Source of the DNA: Epithemia pelagica
Taxonomy: Eukaryota; Protista; Bacillariophyta
Assembly: GCA_946965045.2 (NCBI GenBank)
Contig: OX337237.1
Location: 1,116,001 to 1,180,000 of the forward strand
Direction: 5' to 3'
Length of the DNA stretch: 64,000 bases
The position numbers were made by a program, and so were the translations under genes. Shown here one piece after another: positions 42,501 through 53,832 of this stretch; position 1 is the stretch's first letter; the number at the start of each line of letters is the position of its first letter. The notes beneath the pieces were generated by a model. It was given only the letters and a program-made list of their open reading frames with translations, was not told the origin of the DNA and did no database searches.

Positions 42501-45500
42501 GAAGTCGGACCGCCTGTAGGGGGCGAAGTAGGACTTGCCGTAGGACCATCAGTAGGGGGCGAAGTAGGACTTGCCGTCGGACCATCAGTCGGAGGTTCGG
42601 TCGGAGACGAGGTCGGACCACCAGTAGGTGGCGAAGTAGGACTTGCCGTGGGACCATCTGTCGGTGGCTCAGTTGGAGACGAAGTCGGACCACCTGTAGG
42701 GGGCGAAGTAGGACTTGCCGTGGGACCATCGGTCGGCGATTCCGTTGGAGACGAAGTCGGACCACTAGTCGGAGGCGAAGTAGGACTTGCCGTGGGACCA
42801 TCGGTCGGTGGCTCAGTTGGAGACGAAGTCGGACCGCCTGTAGGGGGCGAAGTAGGACTTGCCGTGGGACCATCGGTCGGTGGTTCCGTAGGGGACGAAG
42901 TCGGACTACCAGTGGGGGGCGAAGTAGGACTTGCCGTAGGACCATCAGTCGGAGGTTCGGTCGGAGACGAAGTCGGACCACCAGTGGGGGGCGAAGTAGG
43001 ACCTGCAGTGGGACGAGAAGTGGGTGGGCTCGTGGGAGAGGCAGTGGGTGGTGATGTGGGACCTTTCGTGACTTCATTCGGCTCTATGATAGTTGGTCCT
43101 CCTGTGGGTGGCCCAGTGGGTGTCAGTGTCGGACCACTGGTTGGGCTTAGGGTGGGGTTTGCAGAGGGAGACATCGTCGGATTCGAGGTGGGACCATCAG
43201 TGGGTTGTCCAGTTGGCGGAGATGTCGGACTTGCAGTTGGACCATCGGTAGGTGGCTCAGTTGAAGACGAAGTCGGACCACCCGTAGGAGGCGAAGTGGG
43301 AATTGCAGTGGGCCCATCGGTTGGGGGTTCTGTCGGAGACGACGTCGGCCCACCAGTGGGGGGTGAAGTAGGACTTGCCGTGGGACCATCAGTTGGGGGT
43401 TCCGTCGGAGACGCAGTCGGACCACCAGTAGGGAGCGAAGTAGGACCTGCAGTAGGACCATCAGTCGGCGGCTCAGTTGGAGACGAAGTCGGACCATCAG
43501 TTGGAGGCGAAGTAGGACTTGCCGTAGGACCATCGGTGGGTGGCTCAGTTGGAGAAGAAGTCGGACCACCAGTTGGAGGTGAAGTAGGACCTGCAGTAGG
43601 ACCATCGGTCGGTGTTTCTGTCGGAGACGACGTCGGACCACCAGTTGGAGAGGAGGTAGGACTTTCCGTGGGCCCATCGGTTGGGGGTTCTGTCGGAGAC
43701 GAAGTCGGCCCACCAGTTGGAGAGGAGGTAGGACTTGCCGTAGGCCCATCGGTTGGGGGTTCTGTCGGAGACGAAGTCGGACCACCAGTTGGGGAGGAAG
43801 TAGGACTTGCCGTAGGCCCATCGGTTGGGGTTTCCGTCGGAGAGGTAGTCGGACCACCCGTTGGAGGGGACGTTGGACTTGCCGTGGGGCCATCAGTCGG
43901 CGAATCAGTTGGAGACGAGGTCGGACCACCAGTTGGAGGCGAAGTAGGACTTGCCGTAGGACCATCGGTGGGTGGCTCTGTAGGAGACGCAGTCGGACCA
44001 CCAGATGGAGGCGACGTAGGACTTGCCGTAGGACCATTGGTCGGTGGCTCAGTTGGAGACGAAGTCGGACCACCCGTTGGACGGGAAGTTGGGCTTGCCG
44101 TAGGACCATCAGTCGGTGGCTCAGTTGGAGAAGAAGTCGGACCACTTGTGGGCGAAGAGGTAGGATTTGCCGTCAGATCTTCCGGAGAACCATCGCCGCC
44201 GCCAATTGGAGGTGTTGGTTGGGACGTGGGCGAGATGGTTGGTCCTGATGAAGGTGGCTGAGTGGGAGGTGATGTCGGACCTGACGTCGGTGCTGATGTA
44301 GGTCCCGCGGTGGGACTGTCCGTCGGTGACGCTGTTGGCCCACTGGTTGGGCCGGCAGTAGGCGACGAGGTCGGACCTTCCGTAGGACCGTCGGTCGGTG
44401 ACGCTGTTGGCCCACTGGTTGGGCCCGCAGTAGGAGTTGAAGTAGGACCTGCAGTGGGAGCGCCCGTTGGTGACGCTGTTGGCCTACTGGTTGGGCCGGC
44501 AGTAGGAGATGAAGTAGGACCTGCAGTGGGACCCGCCGTCGGTGACGCTGTTGGCCCACTGGTTGGGCCGGCAGAAGGAGATGAAGTAGGACCTGCAGTG
44601 GGACCCGCCGTCGGTGACGCTGTAGGCCCACCGGTTGGGCCGGCAGTAGGAGATGAAGTAGGACCTCCAGTGGGACCGGCCGTCGGTGACACTGTGGGCC
44701 CACCTGTTGGGCCCACAGTAGGAGATGAAGAAGGACCTGCAGTGGGACCCGCCGTCGGTGACGCTGTGGGTCCACCGGTTGGGCCGGCAGTTGGAGAGGA
44801 AGTAGGACCTGCAGTGGGACCCGCCGTCGGTGACGCTGTAGGCCCACCGGTTGGGCCGGCAGTAGGAGAGGAAGTAGGACCTGCAGTGGGACCGGCCGTC
44901 GGTGATGCTGTAGGCCCACCGGTTGGGCCGGCAGTAGGAGAGGAAGTAGGACCTGCAGTGGGACCCGCCGTCGGTGACGCTGTGGGTCCACCAGTTGGGC
45001 CCGCAGTAGGAGATGAAGTAGGTTCTTCCTCTTCAGTCCCTCCTGCTGGAGGGTTAGGAGAAAGCGTTGGACTTCCTGTGGAGTCTGCTTCGGTGGGAGA
45101 TGATGTTGGGCCAGACGTCGGTGCCGCTGTGGGGCCTCCGGTTGGACTGTCGGTTGGTGACGCTGTTGGGCCACCGGTTGGGCCCGCAGTAGGGGATGAA
45201 GTAGGACCTGCAGTGGGACCGTCCGTCGGTGACGCTGTGGGCCCACCGGTTGGACCAGCGGTAGGCGTAGAAGTAGGACCTCCAGTGGGACCCGCCGTCG
45301 GTGACGCTGTGGGCCCACCGGTTGGGCCCGCAGTAGGAGATGAAGTAGGACCTGCAGTGGGGCCCGCCGTCGGTGACGCTGTTGGGCCACTGGTTGGGCC
45401 CGCAGTAGGAGATGAAGTAGGACCTTCAGTGGGACCGTCCGTCGGTGACGCTGTGGGCCCACCAGTTGGGCCAGCGGTAGGCGTAGAAGTAGGACCTCCA

Positions 45501-48500
45501 GTGGGACCTGCCGTCGGTGAGGCTGTCGGCCCACCGGTTGGGCCAGCTGTAGGTGATGAAGTAGGACCTTCAGTGGGACCCGCCGTCGGTGACGCTGTCG
45601 GGCCACCGGTTGGGCCCGCAGTAGGAGCTGAAGTAGGACCTGCAGTGGGACCGGCCGTCGGTGACGCTGTAGGCCCACCTGTTGGGCCGGCAGTAGGAGA
45701 TGAAGTAGGACCAGCAGTGGGACCGGCCGTCGGTGACGCTGTAGGCCCACCTGTTGGGCCGGCAGTAGGAGATGAAGTAGGACCAGCAGTGGGACCTGCC
45801 GTCGGTGACGCTGTTGGGCCACTGGTTGGGCCCGCAGTAGGAGATGAAGTAGGTTCTTCCTCTTCAGTCCCTCCCGTTGGAGAGTTAGGAGAAAGTGTAG
45901 GACTTTCTGTAGGCTCGGGATGACAAAGACATGGCACTTTTGCCTCATACTTGCATCCGAAATACGTTTCGGATCGACTCATAGACTTGGTGCAGTCGTC
46001 CTGGATTTCGTCCTCTAGTGAAATATGTCTTTCATGTTCAATATAAATTGCGATCGTTGCAAACCCATCCTCACATTGTATCGTGAAATGTGTTTCGCTA
46101 CGGGCTTCTGTACCAAAGCCCCCTTCAGGAATCATGCACTTAACATCACCTCCTTCCTCTGTATACTCCTTGTAAAAAACAGCCACCTTTTGGAGGTCTT
46201 CCAAAGTAAACAATTGAGCGACTTTGAGGGTCACACTCTTATCTGTCTTCGCGATTTCCGTAACTGGGTCACCTTGGAACGGAATGGTTCCATCGCCAGG
46301 ACATCCTTCGCAGTTGGCCACCAACCGAGTCGCCCAATCCTCGTCTTTGTCCTCGCAGGATGTAGGTGCCGAAGTTGGAGCAAGGGTTGTCGGTCCCTCA
46401 GTAGGTTCAGGTCCCACAGTCGGTTCCATAGAAGGAAGTGAACTCGGACTTGAAGTGGGTTCTGCATAACACTTACAAGGGACAGCAGTCTCGTACTTGC
46501 ATGCGAAAAATCTTTTCTGGCCTACAGGCTTTTCAGCAGCAAATTCCCTGGTGCAGGTGTCGTTCATCTCGTCCACGGTTGTAATATGACTCTCTTGTTC
46601 GATGTAAACCCACATCCTTGCAAATCCATCTACACACTGAACGTCGAATTGCGAGGAATTATTTGGGACCTTCAATGACTCAACAGACCTGCACACTGGA
46701 TTTCCTTCCGTGTCTGTATATGACACGGCAATTCCCCACAACCTTTCATTCGAAAACGTTTGTGTGATGTTGAGTTTCGCAAATTCATTTGTCCTGGCGA
46801 TTTCCGTGACTGGTTCGCCTAGGATCTGGGTGTTTGCATCTCCAGGACATCCGGTGCAGTTGGCCACCAAACGAGTCGCCCAATCCTCGTCTTTGTCCTC
46901 GCAAAATGTGGGTGACGAAGTTGGAGCAAGGGTTGTCGGTCCCTCAGTAGGTTCAGGTCCCACAGTCGGTTCCATAGAAGGAAGTGAACTCGGACTTGAA
47001 GTGGGTTCTGCATAACACTTACAAGGGACAGCAGTCTCGTACTTGCATGCGAAAAATCTTTTCTGGCCTACAGGCTTTTCAGCAGCAAATTCCCTGGTGC
47101 AGGTGTCGTTCATCTCGTCCACGGTTGTAATATGACTCTCTTGTTCGATGTAAACCCACATCCTTGCAAATCCATCTACACACTGAACGTCGAATTGCGA
47201 GGAATTATTTGGGACCTTCAATGACTCAACAGACCTGCACACTGGATTTCCTTCCGTGTCTGTATATGACACGGCAATTCCCCACAACCTTTCATTCGAA
47301 AACGTTTGTGTGATGTTGAGTTTCGCAAATTCATTTGTCCTGGCGATTTCCGTGACTGGTTCGCCTAGGATCTGGGTGTTTGCATCTCCAGGACATCCGG
47401 TGCAGTTGGCCACCAAACGAGTCGCCCAATCCTCGTCTTTGTCCTCGCAAAATGTGGGTGACGAAGTTGGAGCAAGGGCTGTCGGTCCCTCGGTAGGTTC
47501 AGGTCCCATAGAAGGTTCCATGGAAGGAAGTGCACTCGGTACATTGGTTTCCTCATCAGATGGACTACCGCCGGTGCCAGTGCACGTGCCGTTGACAACG
47601 CATACAGAAATTTGTGTGACGAGAAAACTTGAACGGAAAATCCCCCAATTGGCTTTGCCCCATCCATTTTCTCCCCTGGTGAAACCCCAACAACAACATG
47701 TGAATACGACGTTTTGTCCAAGCGTCATCAAAATCGTTCTCAATCAGTCGTCCACTTACCAATTAAAAGATGTGAATTTGGCCGGTGAAAAAGCACCGTG
47801 CTCCAAGGACAACTGTGACAAAAACCAACCATTCGTATTTAACCTCAGCTCAACCCCAACCAAATCGGCACCCTCCGTAAAACGTTTTATGATTTTAAGA
47901 ATGAGCTGTATTTAAATATGAGATGTGTGAGAATGTGGGTGATCAAAAAAAGAGAGAAGACGGGAAAGATTCTTACCGGGTCGTCGTCATCGCCGAAGAA
48001 GTTAGGCCTACAGAAAAATTTGTTTTTACTCAAACCATCACCAATCATATACCCATTGTCTGGGTCATGTTTATCAAATCTGCAAATGAAGTGTTTTCCA
48101 GGAATTGGACAATCGGCATCTGTTTTAAGGGCAGAATCCGTTTCTGTCATGTTTTGCTCTCCAACTACACAGCCGTTTCCAGATTTGCTGTCGTCCTCAC
48201 TTGGTGATGCGCCAGGAGGAGTGGCAGGTTCCATGGAAGGCGAAGCACTGGGCGAAACAGAAGGAGTCTCACTAGGTGACATGGACGGGAGCGAACTCGG
48301 TTCGGGAGTCTCACTGATAGAGCTTCCACTCGCAGCGGGAGGAACACCTCTATCTTGGGGCAAGGGCTCGGGAACCGAAGGTGGAGCAGAAGGGCTAGCA
48401 CTCGGCAACGCCGAAGGTTCCGACGATGGCGCTTGACTCGGTTCCTCGCTGAATCCACGTCTCACTCCGCTACAGGTGGCGTTCACGATACACATGGAAA

Positions 48501-51015
48501 TCTTCGCAATGGGTAATCCGGAGCTTGTATTAAACGTTCCAATGGAAGCCCGTCCCCATCCGTTGTAACCCCTATCATTTAATGAAAATCCAAGTTAGAA
48601 ACTGACTCATACAATCCAACAAAATATACAAGTGTTGCTCTTGTCCAGTACTCAATCGACGTACCAGTGATAATAGGTCGTCTTATCTTCTGTATCCCAA
48701 ACATTCACGGCTGAAAAGAGCCATCCATTGGATCGAGAAATGGCTTGAAATCCATTAACTTTACCTTCAGACCCGTACGTTTCCACAATCTTGACTTTTG
48801 TCTGTGTATTCCAAGAGAGGGTTAAAGCAAGACGGAAACATCAAAATGTGTAAGTCTTTTGTGGGTATGGGTGTATCAGTCATTGTCAAGCGAGAGTGTG
48901 TCATTGATATACGTACGATTCTTTCGGGATCCGCATCAGAGGGCAAACAATTGAGTTTTTTACCACTCCCAAGTTCCAAGTTAGTTTGGACGTCGTCGAG
49001 GAAGAGGTAACCGCCGTCGGGGGTTCTTCCTTCGGCGTCAAGGTAGTCTTCACCAACACAGAGGAAATGAGTGTTTTGGGGACACTCGGCACGAGTAGTG
49101 AGCTGTACATTGTGCAGAATTTCGTCGTCCTTGGCAGGATTCCCCCAAACGCAAGCTTCCCAATTTTTATCATCTTCCTCGCTTTCGGACGTGTCAGGCA
49201 CCTTGGAGGGTGATTTGGAGGGTGATTCGGAGGGCACGGAGGATTCGCAGCCACAGGCAATGCGTACACGGTAATAACAACGGCCGGCAAAATCGTCCTC
49301 CAAAAGAGAGGCATCATCGCCGGCATTCTCCACACACGTGTCGGGGACTTGCACAGTGTTATTCCCAAAGACATCAATCTTCTCCTCGTGTCCAGTGTAG
49401 ATACGAACTTCCGCATATCCCGAGCTGTCACAATCGGCTGTGAACTCCAAAGTAGCACCAAAGTCACCATCAATATCCTATTCACGCAAATAAATCAACA
49501 AGAAGGAGGATTGCAAATTCAAATAGTGAGAACAGGCCTTTTCAGACAAAGAAAGGAACACTACACATCGGGAAGTTTTACGAGTCTCGTACCACTTCGG
49601 CATTGAGCTTGTGATTGGTAATACCATAGACACACCTGTTTGGAAGAAACAATTGGGTGAGACACACTAGTGTTTTGGACCACGTCGTCTCAAGAACGCT
49701 GACACAATATGACATACCACCACGCAATATTGTCACCAGCTCCGGCGTTCGGTACTTGGGCAAACCTCTGACTAATCCGGAGTTTGATGGTGTGGGCCTC
49801 GCGACTCCCAAGCACTTCCACTGGATCGCCAAATTTCTCCACAATGTAATCCCAATCCAAACACCTGTGGAATTAATGGAACGTGAAGATCGACGGGAAC
49901 AAGTACAAACAGTTTGTGAGAAACCACACCTTTACATCCTGCACGTGGTAAAACCACGAGGATAGATCCACACATGTCTCTACGTACTCATCCGAAGATT
50001 GCGTTTCAATGAGAAACATTTTGTCTTGAAGATCCTCACAGTTGGTGGGAGACGCCGTGACAGGTGGAAGAGTAGGAGGATTCGAACCACTGTAACTCGG
50101 ACTAATGGACAGCGAGGGCTGCGACGAGGCACAGAAACGCTCGTCCCACATGTGCCCATAACAGTCATCCTTGGTGGGCGATTCCGTGGCCAAGCCGGGG
50201 GGTCGTACGTTCAAACCACGAGCCGAGGTCGGACTGGTGACGACCACCTGGCGAAGTGGCTGGCTGTTGCCCTGTAACTCCTTGCAGGCTGGATCATCGG
50301 GATCATCCAAACAGCGGGCAAAGAGGACAAGGGGAGATTCGGCTTCTTGAGTCTTGCGTTCGGTACCGGCATCGCTCTTGGCGGTCTCCTTTTCCAACTG
50401 CTCCGCCACTTGAGTCATGGCACTGGCGCGAGCAGCCGAGTCTTGGGTGGTGTCCTCCACAGGTGTTTCGGCCGCCGCAGCAGCAGCAGCAGCCTCGGCG
50501 GCTTCTTTGGCGTAATCACGGGGCTGACCAATCTCATAGACTTCGGGAGACAGCACAACTTTGCCAGTTTGGCGGTTGCCTTTCAAAACTTGCTCGACTT
50601 CCTTGTCCTGGACAATGTAGGCCCAACGCCCCGAGCGAGCATCGATTTCGGGATGGTTCATCTTGTCCGTGGGAGGGCACATGTGGATCTTGTTGGGATC
50701 GGCATAGTCACAATCCAACTTGTTCTTCTTGGTGTTTCCATTCTTGGAACTGCTGCTTTCGTTCTTGGGGTCGTCCAACAGCATGGACAAGACCCGGGCA
50801 TTCTTACGAGCCGAAACTTCCATGGCAATCTCCGCGACCGTTCCAGCACGGCGCGCCAAGTTTCCAATCGAACGGGTCACACTTTCGGCATTGGCTTCTT
50901 GCTCTTGTTGGAGTTGGGCACCCCAACCGAGACCTTGGACCAAGGGAGCTGCACCTCCGCACAAGGCAAGGGTGAGCAACACCTTGGACGAAACCGACGA
51001 AAAGGAGGGAATCAT
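36533..51015 (-). CDS. Giant secreted mucin/adhesin-like protein, about 4,500 aa, about 9 exons, with PT arrays alternating with Cys-rich modules
   Basis: Signal peptide MIPSFSSVSSKVLLTLALCGGAAPLVQG at 51015. Phase-consistent GT-AG introns: 49987-49865, 48916-48802, 48664-48572, 47976-47906, 47759-47676, 37198-37079. The small exons between 49864 and 49478 are not uniquely resolved. No C-terminal TM. Confidence 0.8.
38270..40291 (-). repeat. Near-identical tandem duplication, period 1,023 bp, the copies differing by one 24-bp PT unit
   Basis: For example 38281 matches 39304 and 38979 matches 40002; the offset falls to 999 after the PTMG/PTAG linker. Confidence 0.95.
40650..40770 (-). repeat. 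His/Met-rich 8-aa (24-bp) repeats
   Basis: HNHGDGNKHMSHGDGNNHMNHGDEINHMNHGDDNSDMNHM. Confidence 0.9.
42202..45918 (-). repeat. About 3.7-kb PT-repeat array (PTxx tetrapeptides in 20-aa and 24-aa higher-order units)
   Basis: PTAGPTSSPTAGPTGGPTAS units at about 44260-45850; PTEPPTDGPTASPTSPPTGGPTSS units at about 42200-44150. Confidence 0.95.
46371..47530 (-). repeat. Near-identical tandem duplication, period 546 bp (182-aa Cys module), followed by a diverged third copy
   Basis: 46375 matches 46921 and 46710 matches 47256. Module FCEDKDEDWATRLVANC...VPCKCY; the diverged copy lies at about 45920-46360. Confidence 0.95.
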
Positions 51016-52716
51016 GATTGCAACGGGTACTTTTTTTTGTTTTTTTTTTGTTTTTTCTATAGAATCAATCGCAATCACACTACTACTCAATCAACAACGA
51101 ATGGGAGACTTTTTCTCAACGAACGGCAGTTGCAACTGGACAGCAGCAACAACGGTTTGTTTGGATAACACTCAACCTTGCTCTCGCTTGACGACAACAA
51201 CAAGGGGGAAAGTCTAAGACCAAGTCACAAACAACGAGTGAGGAGCCACGAGGTGTTCCCCAACAAGAATCTTTCAGCCATGGAGACCTCCATTAAGTTT
51301 CCAGTTCCTGAACTGGAATAAAAACATAAGCCTTCATAACCTGGTGGGAAGGAGATCGTAATACCCTACCAGCTAACAATTTTTATGGTCATAGGACATT
51401 CTGCAAGAATCCTGTAGAAGTAATTGTACTCGTACTGGTATCCCAACTAAGCATATGACCCCTATTATAAAGTACTCGTATGGGTACGAGTACAGTGAAG
51501 CGGGAAAAAGTGTCAAAAACTCATCAAATAAGCCCTGCTCCATTTTGAACCACCAAGACGGGGGGCCCTTTCTTTCGCCATGGCTCTTTTTCCCCCGAAA
51601 GTTCCGAGAGATATTATGATGTATTTTGGGAGGGCAGATACTGGACTCGCCACTCGCCAGTTCGACTTCTCTCTTCTCTCCCCTCGCCCCCACTTTCAGC
51701 ATACATGGGATGGTCTCTCGTGGGTCTAGGAATCTCATGGAATCGATTCTTCTTGGGGTTGATCTGAAATTGCCCCGGGCCATGGGCTTAACCCGACTTG
51801 TCTTGACGAGACAGCGAAAACGGGAACAGGTCCAGTGCGGTTTTGGTTGCTGGGTCACTGGAGGGTCATTGAAGCAATAGACAGTGACTCCATGTATGAC
51901 CGACGATCATTCTCACAAAGTTTGTAGTCTCTGAAAATTGTGGACTATGTGCATCCCTCCAAGGTTTCATTCATGCATTTATCAAGTGATTATGGTCAGT
52001 ACCTAGGGAAAGAAAGCTTTTTGAACGAAACGACAGTGGATCACGGATCAGTGGAGGCACTCATGACGGTGCGCTGCATGGAGACAAAAGTATCCGTAGG
52101 AAGGCGGCATCGCCTTTGAAGGACCTGGAGGTAGAGAGTAGAGAGCTCGTTTGTCGTCGTTTTAGTCTCCTCTACACACGGATGCAATGACATGCCAAGG
52201 AACCAAGTATCTGCCGTGCTTTAGGTCCGTTTATTTATACACATGACCTGTATCTGTATGGTGCATCCACCACCGTATGACAATTAACATATCCGCATTC
52301 TCTGTAACTCTCTCCAGTTGGATCGTCCATATCGTTCTGTAATTCAAATTTGTCTTATCGTATAGAGGCGGAGAAGAATCATATTATTCGTGCCCTTTGT
52401 TTGTGTGGCGACCATGGTCAGTAGAGCTAGGGTGAGGTTGTACCACTGATCTTGGAAGATCCTACCCCCACCTACCTACCGTAATACGGTAGCTTTCTTC
52501 CTCCGGGGGCGGGCCTCTCACCATAACCAATAGCCATACGCCCCCAGTACGCGTACGCCCCCACATTAGTTATTAACCGACGTGATACTACGATAACAAC
52601 TGACAGACATGAAGAACGACAACCGACAAAACGCAAACCGTCCAATTTTTATTTTCTTCTCGTGTTGGCAGCAGAATCAATCAACCATTAAAAAGAGCAA
52701 GAAGACAATCTAGAAC

Positions 52717-53266
52717 ATGCAATCCAGCAACGCGCCAAGGTGAGAAAGAATGATCGCGTATGCCTCCATCTTCAAGAATGAGATAGTCGGAATGTTTCTG
52801 GAGTTGTACCGCTTGGAACAAAACACTCTCATCTTGAGCCATGATCTCTCTGACTTGGGTTTTCCTGCAACTCTCCCTACCTAGATATCTTCGTGTGAAA
52901 CGACGCGACAAGACGTATTGCTTATTATGTCAGGAATCTCAAACCATTGCGTCCGTCAAGGAAACCTTGGCCGGTATGATTCAACAATTTGATGGATCGG
53001 ACGACGACGACAAGAAGGAATTGCCTAGTCTGCGATTGCTTCGTGTCGTGGATCATTCGGCCAAACAACCCAAACAGGAAGAAGACGATGAAGATGATTT
53101 GATATTGGATGATGATGAAACCCTTGCCTCGGCCAAAATAGTGAACAATCAAGTACTCCATTTGGTGTTCTGCATCAATGACGACGAAGACGAATATGAA
53201 CCAGTCGAAGTGGTATCCACGGAATTGCCTCTTTCGAGTGGGGCAGCATCCGCCGAAACCAATTAG
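52717..53266 (+). CDS. Elongin-B-like ubiquitin-fold protein, 134 aa; 2 exons (52717-52739, 52885-53266)
   Basis: MQSSNAP-R spliced at AG|GTGAGA...CCTACCTAG|A (phase 2). YLRVKRRDKTYCLLC..TIASVKETL..LRLL..ILDDDETLASAKIVNNQVLHLVF..EYEPV follows the Elongin-B-like UBL pattern. Confidence 0.7.
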
Positions 53267-53832
53267 AGTGGTTGTTCCCAGACCCTATAACGGTGGTAAC
53301 GATTCTGACGTCGACAGCCGTCCTCGGTCCACCCGCATGCTGTCAATTCGACAACAATATTCTTGGGCACATGCAGCCAAAGCACTCGTGGATTTCGTGA
53401 AACAAAGAGGAACAACTTGTTAATGGTTATAGATTTTTAGAAAGGCGGTATCCCTGTTGAGCAATTTCGAGGGTTCGCCGCCCTTGGATTCATGTATAAT
53501 AGTTATCAACTCCATTGGACTCTCTTTTCACCACATTTCTTGAAAGATAGCAATTCACCCCACGCTGTGGAAACCACTACGCTGTTTCAATGAATTCTCT
53601 GTGCGAGTGGTGTCACGCTGAACGCAACAGTTCGTACACACGGTTTTCATCTTGGAACGAATTTCCTCGTTTCGTATGCCCCCAATCTCTATTAAACGCA
53701 AGAGATTCATTTCACGTGATGCCGGATCCTAAAACAGTAAAAGAACGAGGAAAACGCCAAGCATCACATACTACTACAGGGGAGCTCGACTTTATGTCAT
53801 GCCTCTCTACCTATTTTGGGTTACATGAGTGG

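Noticed and set aside
42048-45948. ORFs 42048..44261, 44262..45923, 44173..45948, 43147..44145, 42163..43077
   Set aside because: Antisense (VG-rich) or off-frame readings of the PT array.
51373-51858. 161-aa minus ORF upstream of the mucin
   Set aside because: Non-ATG start, no domain, no coding-like composition.
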